Of a stretch of 64,000 nt of DNA, positions 28,801 through 38,635 are shown piece after piece; the stretch's first letter is position 1; every line of letters starts with the position of its first letter. The stretch spans positions 1,184,001-1,248,000 of the forward strand of contig JBEPYO010000001.1 in NCBI GenBank assembly GCA_041641295.1, written 5' to 3'. Both the position numbers and the translations under genes were made by a program. This DNA comes from Nitrososphaerota archaeon. Lineage in GTDB: Archaea; Thermoproteota; Nitrososphaeria_A; Caldarchaeales; Calditenuaceae. The notes under the pieces were generated by a model that had not been told where the DNA came from, made no database searches, and saw nothing but the letters and a program-made list of their open reading frames with translations.

Positions 28801-29769
28801 TCAGGCGAGATATGCGTAAGCGAACTTGTCTAGGTGTTTGATGCGCTTCGCGGGGTGGGGGTGTGTGCTGAAGAGGTCGGCTAGGATGCTGGGCTTAGCC
28901 CTCCTCAACTCCTCGATCGCCCTCTCTACATCAATGTATGGGTCGACCGCGTGCTCAGGGTCTGAGATGAAAAACATCTTCAACTGCTCCGTCCGAGCCC
29001 TAGCCTCTGGCCTAATCCTGCCTGAGAGCGACATAATCCGGACGAGAGCCCTCTGAAGCTTCCTCGCACCATCACTAACAACGGTCGCAGCGTGGCTGTC
29101 GGCATAGTATTCGCGGAGCCGGCTCATCAGAAAGACGAACAAGTTAAACACGAAGCTCAGAACTATTAGTCCAATGCCTATCAGGATGGGTGCCGCGCTG
29201 CCCCCATTCCTCCTAGCACCCCCGAAGAGGCCAGACATGTAGAGTGTATACCCGATGTAGTAGATTATAGCCGGTATGAGGCTTATCATCAACATGACTA
29301 CGACGTCTCTGTGTCTGAGGTGCCCCACCTCATGTGCCAGGACAGCCTCAAGCTCTTCACGCGGGATACGGCCCAAGAGACCGCTGGTAACAGCCACCAT
29401 AGGGCCCGTCAGGGGGCTTCCATATGCGAAAGCATTCGGAATATTGATGTTCGCTATCATGACTTTCGGCCTCTGGCGTAGACCACTCTTAGCCGCCAGC
29501 TCGTCAACCATCTGGTATAGCCACGGGTATGCTGTTTGATCTGCCTCGGTTACTCTGTAGATAGCGTTGATCAAGTAGGGTCCGAAGAGCCACTGTAAGA
29601 TGTTTAGAATTACTACGAATCCTATGACGCCGTAGATATAGAATGTTGGCAGCCCCAGATAGAGTATGAGTGCGGTTAATAGAAGAGTGGCTGTCCCAAC
29701 TACTGCAAGCCAGATGGTTATCATGCTGACCCGTAGTCCAAGTAGTGAGACCCTAACCTGCTCCATCAT
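28801..29769 (-). CDS. htpX: Zinc metalloprotease HtpX (M48)
   Basis: PNAFAYG, HEVGH, SRLREYYAD and STHP; TM segments. Confidence 0.95.
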   Translation of the reverse strand: MMEQVRVSLLGLRVSMITIWLAVVGTATLLLTALILYLGLPTFYIYGVIGFVVILNILQWLFGPYLINAIYRVTEADQTAYPWLYQMVDELAAKSGLRQRPKVMIANINIPNAFAYGSPLTGPMVAVTSGLLGRIPREELEAVLAHEVGHLRHRDVVVMLMISLIPAIIYYIGYTLYMSGLFGGARRNGGSAAPILIGIGLIVLSFVFNLFVFLMSRLREYYADSHAATVVSDGARKLQRALVRIMSLSGRIRPEARARTEQLKMFFISDPEHAVDPYIDVERAIEELRRAKPSILADLFSTHPHPAKRIKHLDKFAYAYLA

Positions 29770-29933
29770 GATAACACCCTGATTAGAGCTAGGCGGAGTG
29801 CCAAGTATTAAATCTTATCCGACATAAAGCTTTCGTTAACTAGACTTACAGAATTATTATACTTAACTTGTTGAATTAGATTAGCAAGTAGGCATATTCT
29901 TAAATAACTGACCGGAGGGGAGAGAGAATTTGA

Positions 29934-30218
29934 TTATATTATTTCGCGTACTTTTCTCTCCTCTCTGGGCCTAACCTTGAGTACTCCGTAGTGTATGGCG
30001 CAGGAGATGCAGAGGTTTTCGGTGATGATGTTCTGGGAAATGTAAGCACCCGCCTTCTTCAATTCTCTGAAAAGGTCCCCGCGGACTAGTGATACACGCC
30101 TAGTGACGCGCTGAATCTTGCTCCTCGGAACAAGTGCACCACAGTTATCGCACTGAACCATCGGCTCAGAGCCTTTCTGCCCCTTCGCCCTGCCCCTATT
30201 CTTTCTCTTTACAGGCAT
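29934..30218 (-). CDS. rps26e: 30S ribosomal protein eS26 (S26e)
   Basis: KRKNRGR, CDNCG..VPR and CISCAIH..V.KVR. Confidence 0.96.
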   Translation of the reverse strand: MPVKRKNRGRAKGQKGSEPMVQCDNCGALVPRSKIQRVTRRVSLVRGDLFRELKKAGAYISQNIITENLCISCAIHYGVLKVRPREERKVREII

Positions 30219-30321
30219 GTTGTCCAGTGATATCTCGTTAGGGGGGCGATTTAAACCCTTTATCTACCTATATTCACGAGGTCTAAGCCTTATTCAGCCC
30301 CTTAACCCCATACGCCTCCTG

Positions 30322-30825
30322 CTAGGTCTTCATGCTTTTCTGGGTCTTCAGGTAGGTCTCGAAAGCCCGGAGAGACTCTTCTTGGACTGGATCTACCGAT
30401 CCAGGCCTGACCGTCCGAATCCAGTTGAGCGCCTCCTCACTGCTCATCCCTTTACTGTAGATCATGTATGCGGCGACTATGGAGCCTGATCTTCCCTGCC
30501 CCGCGGCGCAGTGGACCAGAACACTTCGTCCTTGCCTTCTCATCTCGTCGATAAACTTGACCGATTTCAGGATGGTTTCGAGTGGTGGCGGGTCGTGGTC
30601 TGCTGTGGGTAAGTGTTCATAAACTATGTCGAAGCCCTCGAGGAAGATTGGCGGTATCTTGTCCTCCGTGAGGGAGAGTATTGAGCGTATACCATTCTCG
30701 TGTAGCCACTGTATTTGCTGCCGTGTAACGGGACGGCCTGAGACGGCCAATCCCTCGTCAACCCAGCCAAAATTGAACGGTATGTCTGTAAACATCCCCC
30801 TTATGCGCCGCGCAATATCCCCCAA
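30322..30825 (-). CDS. Dual-specificity/tyrosine protein phosphatase
   Basis: P-loop VHCAAGQGRSG, general-acid loop DHDPP and RPGS. Start reassigned to TTG 30825 (or GTG 30834). Confidence 0.9.
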   Translation of the reverse strand: MGDIARRIRGMFTDIPFNFGWVDEGLAVSGRPVTRQQIQWLHENGIRSILSLTEDKIPPIFLEGFDIVYEHLPTADHDPPPLETILKSVKFIDEMRRQGRSVLVHCAAGQGRSGSIVAAYMIYSKGMSSEEALNWIRTVRPGSVDPVQEESLRAFETYLKTQKSMKT

Positions 30826-30916
30826 ATTATCCACAGATAAGAGTATGCTGGGGGCTGGTATAAGACCCTTGAGCTGGGGAGGGGATATAAATCTCGAGGA
30901 GAGGATAGTCTCGGAG

Positions 30917-31810
30917 ATGGTGGAGAGGTTTTCGCTGGTAGCGGGGCCCGCATCAAGTGAGCTGGGAAACAGGATCGCTGAGGCGATGGGTATAAGACCT
31001 CTAAGGCTCCAGCACAAGGTTTTCCCCGACGGCGAGTCCTATTTCAGATTCCTCGAAAAACCAGACTCCACAGTAGTCCTTGTTCAGGGTACACACCCGC
31101 CCCAGGATAAGCACCTTCTCCAGCTGCTACTAATGTCGATGGGTCTCAAGGAGCTTGGAGTGGCACGCATAGTGGCCCTAGTCCCATACCTAGCATATGC
31201 GCGGCAGGATAGGGCTTTCTTGGAGGGTGAGACTGTGAGCCTCAAGGTAGTTCTCCACCTGATGAAGTCGGCCGGAGTTGACGAACTGGTAACAGTGAAT
31301 CCACACGCGCCTTGGGCACTCCGAGAATCTGGAGTTCTGAGCCACTCCATCAGCGTCGCAAAGACTCTAGCATCTGGTGTGAAGAGGCGTGGCTGGCAGG
31401 TGTCTTATGTTGTCTCACCTGGGAAGAAGGGGATGGAACTCGCAGCCGAGGCCTCATTGGAGCTTGGTGCAGAGCCTGTAAAGGCCGAGTCGTGGAGAGA
31501 CCCAAACACCGGCGAGGTCAAGGTGGAGGTGGAAGACGGGCACAGCTTCAGCAATAAGGGCGTAATGATCATCGACGACGTGGTAAGCTCAGGGGGAACC
31601 ATGAGCAAGCTCGTAAAGAAGCTAAAGTCTGCGAACGCCTCGAAGGTCTATGCCTGCTGCATCCACGGACTATTCATAGGAGGCTCAGACCAGAAAATCC
31701 TTGAGGCCGGTGCAGATGCGATATTAGCCACAAACACCGTTCCAAACAAGTACGCGGAGGTCGACATATCGGCTGAGATCGCCAACTTTTTGGCCAAACT
31801 GATATCTTGA
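30917..31810 (+). CDS. prs: Ribose-phosphate pyrophosphokinase family protein (divergent)
   Basis: FPDGE, PYLAYARQDR and IIDDVVSSGGT. Start reassigned to ATG 30917. Confidence 0.85.
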   Translation: MVERFSLVAGPASSELGNRIAEAMGIRPLRLQHKVFPDGESYFRFLEKPDSTVVLVQGTHPPQDKHLLQLLLMSMGLKELGVARIVALVPYLAYARQDRAFLEGETVSLKVVLHLMKSAGVDELVTVNPHAPWALRESGVLSHSISVAKTLASGVKRRGWQVSYVVSPGKKGMELAAEASLELGAEPVKAESWRDPNTGEVKVEVEDGHSFSNKGVMIIDDVVSSGGTMSKLVKKLKSANASKVYACCIHGLFIGGSDQKILEAGADAILATNTVPNKYAEVDISAEIANFLAKLIS

Positions 31811-32838
31811 AGCGTCTTCTCGCGCTGCTCTCAGGCGAGGCGCCTGGGCTTGCTTTAAGCGAGCTAAAGTCAATACTCCACATCCTTTATGGCACTGACA
31901 GTGTCGAAGGGGTTACAGGCAGGATTGTCCATATTAACGCCAACATTAGTGATGCCGGAGCCATAACCGGGCGCGCAGCGTATGTGAAGGAGATAGTGGA
32001 GCCTATCATCTACTCCCCCACATATGATGTCGGCGGCGCAGTTGATATTGGTGAGTCTGAACTCCTGAGAGGGTCGCGTAGTTTTGCCGTAAGGGCTGTG
32101 AGGCTTGGAAGCGTTGACTGTGATAGAGTTGCCATAGAGAGGTGGCTTGGGGGCGTGGTGCTGTCGAGCTACCCCAACCTCAAGGTGGACTTATCCTCGC
32201 CTGACATCGTTATTCAAGCATACATCACGGAGAGCGGCATCTACGCGGGGCCTCTCCTCTCACGTCTAAAATACAGCAAATTAGAAGCTAGGCGCCCTAA
32301 GATGAGGCCTTTCCGCCACCCCTCAGCACTTATGCCGAGACTTGCAAGATGCATGGTCAACCTCACTAGGGTTAGGCCGCCTGGATGGATAGTCGACCCC
32401 TTCGCAGGTACTGGCTCAATTCCTATGGAGGCGGCTGATATGGGGTATAGGGTCCTTGCGATTGAGCTGAAAAGATGGATTGCGCGCGGATGCCTCGCGA
32501 ACTTGAAGTGGAGTGGATATGCCGAGAGGGTTGAGCTGATATGCGGTGATGCTACAGCCCCTCCGCTGAGGGGGAGGTTCCAAGGAGTCGCAACCGACCC
32601 ACCCTATGGCCGCTCGACACAATTAAGCGACAGAAACATTGAGAGGTTGTATCTCAGTGCATTCTCATCGATTGCAGAACTGCTTGAGCCTGGATGCAGA
32701 ATTGTCACTGCGATTCCGCAGCAGCGGGTTAATCCATCATTGCTCGAGGAGATTGGTTTCCGCCTCCTAGAGCAGCACCCCATCAGGATTCATTCGAGCC
32801 TGACAAGGGTGGTTTGTGTCTATGCGCTGGGGTCTTGA
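31807..32838 (+). CDS. THUMP-domain tRNA m2G10 methyltransferase (Trm11-like)
   Basis: THUMP domain, RPFRHP, DPFAGTGS and TDPPYGR. Confidence 0.88.
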   Translation: MKRLLALLSGEAPGLALSELKSILHILYGTDSVEGVTGRIVHINANISDAGAITGRAAYVKEIVEPIIYSPTYDVGGAVDIGESELLRGSRSFAVRAVRLGSVDCDRVAIERWLGGVVLSSYPNLKVDLSSPDIVIQAYITESGIYAGPLLSRLKYSKLEARRPKMRPFRHPSALMPRLARCMVNLTRVRPPGWIVDPFAGTGSIPMEAADMGYRVLAIELKRWIARGCLANLKWSGYAERVELICGDATAPPLRGRFQGVATDPPYGRSTQLSDRNIERLYLSAFSSIAELLEPGCRIVTAIPQQRVNPSLLEEIGFRLLEQHPIRIHSSLTRVVCVYALGS

Positions 32839-33010
32839 ATTGTTCGTCGTCATTTAGCTAATCTAATGCCATGGCAAACATACGTAGTGGTTAAAAGTCG
32901 TTCGTCAGAATTACACCAATTTGCCAAGTTAGATGTTAATATAACGTTTACGCGGCTCAAATCATGTAAGAATGCTTATTAATGAGAGTTCACATTCTAA
33001 TAGGTAACTT

Positions 33011-34012
33011 ATGGAGACCGAAGTCAGTGTAGAACTTCAGAGACTCGCAGAGATCCTGCGGCAGAGTTGGAAAATGGTGAGGACGCCGCGGATGAGGGCC
33101 ATACTCAAGGTCCAAGATGTCGCGTGTGACGCCATGCGCAGTTTCTTGAAGTCTGAGGGCTTCATCGAGCTACTCCCACCCATAATCGGCCCAGTCACAG
33201 ACCCGGGTATCAGGGGTGCGAAGCAGGCGACTATCGACTATTATGGCAGGGAGTACAAAGTGATGAGCAGTGCGATCCTGTATAAGCAGGCGGCGATGAG
33301 CGGCCTTGGCAAGATCTTCTTTATGTCACCCAACGTGAGGCTGGAGCCTATTGACTCAGCCCTCACAGGAAGGCATCTGGTGGAGTTTGTGCAGCTCGAC
33401 CTAGAGATGGCGGAGGCAAGCTACTTTGATGCCATGGCCGTGGCTGAGCGTCTCCTATCCGAGGCAGTCAACACTGTGCGTGATACTTGCCAAAAGGAGT
33501 TGGAGCTGCTGGGCCGGCAGCTACCGGCAATTAAGCCACCCTTCAAGAAGCTCACATACGACGAGACCCTAGAATATCTGAGGGTTAGGGGAATTAAGGT
33601 ACGGTATGGTGTTGAGATTCCGTGGGATGCGGAGCAGCTCATATCAAAAATGATTGGTGAGCCCTTTTTCATAATAGATTATCCGAGAGGTGCTCGCGGC
33701 TTCTATGATATGGAGGATGAGAGGCGACCTGGGATACTCCGGGACTTCGACCTGATATATCCTGAAGGGTATGGCGAATGCGCCTCTGGCGCCGAGAGGG
33801 AGTATCGATACGAGAAGGTGTTGGCGAGGATGAAGGAGACCGGTGAGGACCCGAGGAAGTATGCGTGGTATCTTGAAATGCTTAAGGAGGGTATTCCTCC
33901 CAGTGCCGGGTTCGGTATAGGCGTGGAGAGGCTTACGCGCTATCTGTGTGGGCTGGACGCTGTTTGGGAGGCGAGGCTCTGCCCAAAGCTAGCCGGAATA
34001 TATTCTCCATAG
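33011..34012 (+). CDS. asnA: AsnRS-like asparagine synthetase A (aaRS catalytic-domain paralog lacking the anticodon domain)
   Basis: Class II motifs PNVRLE...RHLVEFVQLDLE, ECASGAERE and SAGFGIGVERL; no OB-fold N-terminus. Confidence 0.82.
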   Translation: METEVSVELQRLAEILRQSWKMVRTPRMRAILKVQDVACDAMRSFLKSEGFIELLPPIIGPVTDPGIRGAKQATIDYYGREYKVMSSAILYKQAAMSGLGKIFFMSPNVRLEPIDSALTGRHLVEFVQLDLEMAEASYFDAMAVAERLLSEAVNTVRDTCQKELELLGRQLPAIKPPFKKLTYDETLEYLRVRGIKVRYGVEIPWDAEQLISKMIGEPFFIIDYPRGARGFYDMEDERRPGILRDFDLIYPEGYGECASGAEREYRYEKVLARMKETGEDPRKYAWYLEMLKEGIPPSAGFGIGVERLTRYLCGLDAVWEARLCPKLAGIYSP

Positions 34013-34038
34013 TGTGAAGCAGGGCGGTACGCCTCAAC

Positions 34039-35412
34039 GTGAGCCTCTCAAAACCCTTCCTGAACATCTTCCTCGCCCTTCACAGGTTCTACTCGCTATT
34101 CACAGATCTCGCTGAAATATGGGGGAGTTATCCATTCAGAGAGATTATTGAGCGCGCCCGTAAAGGCGTTGATGCAATATATCCTGCAGACGTCTTAAAG
34201 CCCTCGATAATGCTACTCAAAGGCGCCAACATATACAAGCAACCAACACGCTATGCCACTCTCGATGAACTACTTCTACTCCCACCAGCATTTACTCCCC
34301 TAAGGCTCAAAAAAATGTCCGAGCTTTTGCGTGAACCTATCTTCAGTGATGTGGATTTGAGGCATAACTTGGGCGGCTTCAATGTAAACATGCCTGTGAT
34401 GGTGGCGTCTATGGGCTCCGTACAGGTTGCGAATAAGATATCCCTAGAGGTTGCGCGTGGTGCTGCGCGTATGGGTATCCCGATGGGGATAGGTGAGAAT
34501 GTGGCAACCATGTGGGGGTATTCGAGGAGGATTAGAAGTGGCCAGCCGTGCTTTAAGGAGAGGGTTATGACGTATCTCGAGAACTTGGACGGTAATGTTG
34601 GTGGATTAACCATTCAGCAGAGCGTAGAAGACGCCTACAACGAGCTGTGGAACAAGGTCTACTCAGACCCCGACATCGAGCCATTCATCGAGAAAGGACT
34701 TATCGGGTTTGAGATTAAGATAGGCCAGGGCTCTAAGCCCGGGCTCGGAGGCGAGGTGAGGCTCTCGAGGGAGGAGGCTGAGCGCCTCAGGGACAAGTAC
34801 CATCTATCAGAGGATCCACAGAATACTCTTAGAGACAGCATTGAGAGACACTCGGCGCCAGGGACGTTCGTGCCCGAGATACTTCGGGGCATGATCCGGA
34901 TGATGAGGAACAACTACCCCAGGTGTAGGGTCTGGGTGAAGCTGGGCCCATTCAGGGACTTGCCCGAGGTTCTTGATGTCTTGACTTCAGAGGGTGTGGA
35001 CGCTGTATGGATCGACGGAAGGGAGGGTGGGACTGGTATGAGCCCCTACGCCTCTATGAGGCATCTCGGCCTACCCCTCATTGCAGCATTATGCAGCATA
35101 TCGAGACAGCTCGAGTCGAGGACCGGCTCGACTTCGTTTATTGTCTCGGGGAGACTCTACGACGGTGGCCATCTCGTAAAGTGCCTATGCCTCGGCCTCG
35201 ATGGTGTTGCCTTTGGTCGTCCGATCGCAGTTTCAGCATGGGTTGCGGGTGCCCGAGGCGTAGAAAACTATCTCAGAACCGTGGAGCTGGAGGCCAAGAT
35301 GCTTATCTCCGCATTAGGAAAATACCGCGTGCAGGACTTGTCTCGCGAGGATCTGGGGTGTCTGGATAGGGATATTGCTGAAAGGCTTGGTGTGAGATAC
35401 GTTTACGCGTGA
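34039..35412 (+). CDS. FMN-binding glutamate synthase-related protein
   Basis: ASMGS, EIKIGQGSKPGLGG, VWVKL, IDGREGGTG and SGRL..G; no GATase domain and no 3Fe-4S Cys cluster. Confidence 0.8.
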   Translation: MSLSKPFLNIFLALHRFYSLFTDLAEIWGSYPFREIIERARKGVDAIYPADVLKPSIMLLKGANIYKQPTRYATLDELLLLPPAFTPLRLKKMSELLREPIFSDVDLRHNLGGFNVNMPVMVASMGSVQVANKISLEVARGAARMGIPMGIGENVATMWGYSRRIRSGQPCFKERVMTYLENLDGNVGGLTIQQSVEDAYNELWNKVYSDPDIEPFIEKGLIGFEIKIGQGSKPGLGGEVRLSREEAERLRDKYHLSEDPQNTLRDSIERHSAPGTFVPEILRGMIRMMRNNYPRCRVWVKLGPFRDLPEVLDVLTSEGVDAVWIDGREGGTGMSPYASMRHLGLPLIAALCSISRQLESRTGSTSFIVSGRLYDGGHLVKCLCLGLDGVAFGRPIAVSAWVAGARGVENYLRTVELEAKMLISALGKYRVQDLSREDLGCLDRDIAERLGVRYVYA

Positions 35413-35466
35413 GCCTAGGTGAGGGCTATAACCTCCCACCCGGGAGGCTAGTCTTGTGGCTCGGCG

Positions 35467-36387
35467 ATGACTCAGATGCTAGTATGCTTCTTGGGTACCA
35501 GCGGTGGCATGCCCACGCCACACAGGGCTCTACCAAGCGTGGCTGTGAGGTTTGCCGGCTCTCTTCTGGTCTTTGACTGCGGAGAATCGACACAGAGGCA
35601 GCTCCTCGCCTCAGGCCTAGGGCTGCCAAGGGAGCTCAGGATTTTCATTACGCACAGACACGCCGACCACCTCCTAGGGGTGCCAGGCGTCCTATACACA
35701 CTCAGCATGATGGGGCGGGAAGACCCAGTGGCCATCTTCGGGCCCAAATCCGCCTGCGAAGTCGTTAGAAACCTGTTAGAAGCCCTCGAGACAGAGGTCG
35801 GATTCGATGTGGAAATCAATGCCGTAGGGCCAGGCCTCGTATACCAGGGGAGAGGGTTTAAGGTTGAGGCCATCGAGGCGGTTCACTCAGCCGAGGCGAT
35901 ATGCTACAGACTTCTGGAGGACGACCGACCTGGAAGGATGAGGGTCGAGTATCTGGAGAGTCTCGGCCTACCTAGGGGGCCGCTCTGGGGTAGGCTCCAG
36001 AGAGGGGAGCCTGTAGAGTATCAGGGAAGGGTGATTAGGCCGGAGGAAGCGGTAGACCCGCCGAGAAGGGGGAGAAAAATTGTATACACAGGAGACACAA
36101 GATACTCGGAGAAGATTGTAGAGTTCGCACAGCGGGCTGACCTACTTATACACGACGCCACCTTCGACCAGAGTCTCTCAGACCGCGCCGTGGAGGAGGG
36201 TCACAGCACCGCCTCCGAGGCCGCTACCGCCGCCCTACACGCACAAGCCCGCACACTAGCCCTATTCCACATAAGCCCCAGATACCACGGCAAGGAGGAG
36301 ATACTCTTGAACGAGGCGAGGAAAATCTTTCCAAACACAATCCTACCAAGCGACTTAGAGAAGGTGGAGATCCATTACCCGGAGTGA
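35467..36387 (+). CDS. rnz: Ribonuclease Z
   Basis: FLGTSGGMPT, DCGESTQRQ, THRHADH, exosite GP motif, TGDT, HDATF, HST and HISPRY. Confidence 0.96.
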   Translation: MTQMLVCFLGTSGGMPTPHRALPSVAVRFAGSLLVFDCGESTQRQLLASGLGLPRELRIFITHRHADHLLGVPGVLYTLSMMGREDPVAIFGPKSACEVVRNLLEALETEVGFDVEINAVGPGLVYQGRGFKVEAIEAVHSAEAICYRLLEDDRPGRMRVEYLESLGLPRGPLWGRLQRGEPVEYQGRVIRPEEAVDPPRRGRKIVYTGDTRYSEKIVEFAQRADLLIHDATFDQSLSDRAVEEGHSTASEAATAALHAQARTLALFHISPRYHGKEEILLNEARKIFPNTILPSDLEKVEIHYPE

Positions 36388-36839
36388 TGCCGCAGCGTGT
36401 ATACCTGTGGAGGCCACTCGGACAGGTCTATCCACCCCGTCAAGACATCATCCAGCGGTAAACTCTTAACCGCTTCAGGCTCCTTCCCATCAATCTTCCG
36501 GCGAAGCCTGTAGTCGCTGCCGACGATAAACTCGTCCTCACCGGGGTGTGGTGTCTCGACCCTAACCTCGTCTCCGGGCTTCACAGCGACAGCCGTTACA
36601 TCTGGGGGTATGGCCCCAGACCCCCTCCAGAATACGACAACCCATCTAGCGTCGCCGGGCTCTAGAAGCTCTAGGAGACCTTCTGTTGATGTCAATGTCC
36701 CAGGCCCCCTGAGCCCAACCTTCGTCGCCCCGCACCTTCTACACCTCCACGCCTCCACAATCTTCACCACCTCCTCACCCTGCGTAACAGTCAAAGCCCC
36801 CGCGTACTTCAGGTCGTGGATGCATCCGCTGGCTGACAC
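36375..36839 (-). CDS. Hypothetical protein with putative Zn finger (CxH...CxxC)
   Basis: GCIHDL...WRCRRCG; follows the MBL gene on the same strand. Confidence 0.6.
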   Translation of the reverse strand: MSASGCIHDLKYAGALTVTQGEEVVKIVEAWRCRRCGATKVGLRGPGTLTSTEGLLELLEPGDARWVVVFWRGSGAIPPDVTAVAVKPGDEVRVETPHPGEDEFIVGSDYRLRRKIDGKEPEAVKSLPLDDVLTGWIDLSEWPPQVYTLRHHSG

Positions 36840-36851
36840 TTATAGACCACC

Positions 36852-37520
36852 CTACTCTTCGGGTTCCAGTATCTCGACCCTGCACTTAGCCATTTTCTTA
36901 AACTCTTCTGCCTCCCTTCGCGAGCCTACTATCGCGCCGTAATGCATTGGGATTGCGACCTCAGGCATTATGGTGTTTGCAGCCTCTGCGGCCTCTGCGG
37001 CCGTCATGACATAAACCCCGCTCACGGGCAGAAAGGCTACATCAATCTTCCCCAACCCCTTCATCTCGGGGATAAAGTCGGTGTCGCCCGGGTGGTAAAC
37101 CCTGACACCAGCAATCTCGACAACGTATCCCACACCACCATACTCCTTCGGATGATAAACGACGCCAGGCGACCTGAACTTGTTCACATTATAGGCTGGG
37201 ACAACCATGTATCTGAGGTCTCCAACCTCTCCTCGGTCTCCTGCCGTAACAAACACTTTAGATTTGCATTGGACGTTCCCAAGCCCAGCCATACAGTTTT
37301 TCGCAGCCACGACAGTTGTTTTTTCAGGAGACGCGACTTTTGCAAGATCGTTGGCTGAGAGGTGGTCGAAATGCTCGTGCGAAATGAATACAACATCAGC
37401 CGCCCTCTTGGTCTTGGTCTTGAGCTGGTAGGGGTCGAATACTACCTCAAATCCGCCCCGGCGGATGCTGAAGCCCGCGTGGCCAAGCCATCTTATCTCA
37501 AGCCCCTTGTATGCCAGCAT
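36852..37520 (-). CDS. Metallo-beta-lactamase fold hydrolase
   Basis: WLGHAGF, SHEHFDH, YHPGDT and IPMHY. Confidence 0.92.
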   Translation of the reverse strand: MLAYKGLEIRWLGHAGFSIRRGGFEVVFDPYQLKTKTKRAADVVFISHEHFDHLSANDLAKVASPEKTTVVAAKNCMAGLGNVQCKSKVFVTAGDRGEVGDLRYMVVPAYNVNKFRSPGVVYHPKEYGGVGYVVEIAGVRVYHPGDTDFIPEMKGLGKIDVAFLPVSGVYVMTAAEAAEAANTIMPEVAIPMHYGAIVGSRREAEEFKKMAKCRVEILEPEE

Positions 37521-37641
37521 CGAGATAACTAGCCGTGCATTCCCATATATATCAATAGCCCAGCAGCCGCTCGAGCGTTAAATCTAGGAGACCAAGCCCA
37601 GACTCAACTTAAGGCAAACCTAATGAATAGGTACGAGGCCC

Positions 37642-38631
37642 TTGAGAGATGGATTGGCTCTGCAGGAGACCATACCGTGGATTGAGAAGTATCGCCCCCG
37701 GAGCCTCTCCGAGATAATCAACCAGGAAGCAATCGTGAACAGTCTCAAGACAATACTATCCACACACTCTGTTCCGCATATGCTGTTTACTGGGCCACCT
37801 GGTGTAGGAAAGACGGCGACAGCCCACGCATTTGCCAGCGACCTCTACGGCAGCAGATACATTGAAGACGGCCACTTCCTAGAGATTAATGCAAGCGATG
37901 AGAGGGGCATAGACGTCATTAGAGAGAAGGTTAAGGGGTTCGCCAGAACCATTCCTATAGGCGGTATAGGATTCAAGATTCTTCTACTCGATGAGGCGGA
38001 CCAGCTCACATCCGACGCGCAACACGCCTTTAGAAGGGTCATGGAGCAGTTCTCAGCAACCTGCAGGTTCATCCTCGCAGCAAACTACGCCAACAGGATA
38101 ATAGAGCCCATACAGTCAAGATGCGCAGTATTCAGGTTCAAGCCAATAGAGCTTGAGCATATGAGGAAGGCGGTGGAGAGGATAGCCTCCAAAGAGGGCC
38201 TAGAAGTAACTAGTAGGGCGGTTGAGGCCCTCTACGAAGTCACGGAAGGCGATCTGAGAAGATGCATCAACCTACTCCAGACAGCTTCAACCTACAGCAA
38301 GAAGATAGACGAGAACCTTGTCTTCCAGGTTGCGGGGCTTGCGTGGGGTGGTGAGGTCCGGCGGCTCTTGGAGCTGGCCGCGGCCGGCAAGATAGAGGAT
38401 GCCAGAAAACAGCTGAGACTCATACTCTATGTCAACGGAGCCTCAGAGAGGGATCTAATCGGCCAGATATATCGCGACCTATTCTATCTCTCAATCCCGG
38501 AGAAGAAGAAGCTGGAGCTGATATCACTGCTAGGTGAGGTTGACTTCCGGGTTTCACAGGGAGCTAACCCCGAGCTACAGCTCATGATGTTCTTGGCAAA
38601 CCTATACTCTGCATCCCAGGCGGGTAAGTAG
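37642..38631 (+). CDS. rfcS: Replication factor C small subunit
   Basis: PWIEKYRP, GPPGVGKT, NASDERGI, LDEAD and IQSRC; no intein. Confidence 0.96.
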   Translation: MRDGLALQETIPWIEKYRPRSLSEIINQEAIVNSLKTILSTHSVPHMLFTGPPGVGKTATAHAFASDLYGSRYIEDGHFLEINASDERGIDVIREKVKGFARTIPIGGIGFKILLLDEADQLTSDAQHAFRRVMEQFSATCRFILAANYANRIIEPIQSRCAVFRFKPIELEHMRKAVERIASKEGLEVTSRAVEALYEVTEGDLRRCINLLQTASTYSKKIDENLVFQVAGLAWGGEVRRLLELAAAGKIEDARKQLRLILYVNGASERDLIGQIYRDLFYLSIPEKKKLELISLLGEVDFRVSQGANPELQLMMFLANLYSASQAGK

Positions 38632-38635
38632 TCCT

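Noticed and set aside
29876-29885. TTAGATTAGC, also present in reverse at about 32857-32866
   Set aside because: A single 10-mer match between AT-rich spacers with no functional link; compatible with chance.
30626-31017. Apparent long overlap between the phosphatase and prs ORFs
   Set aside because: Artefact of longest-ORF starts; the real starts at about 30825 and 30917 leave a normal divergent spacer.
35432-35447. CCTCCC-N4-GGGAGG hairpin upstream of rnz
   Set aside because: Only a 6-bp stem in GC-rich DNA, with no tRNA-like or C/D-box features.
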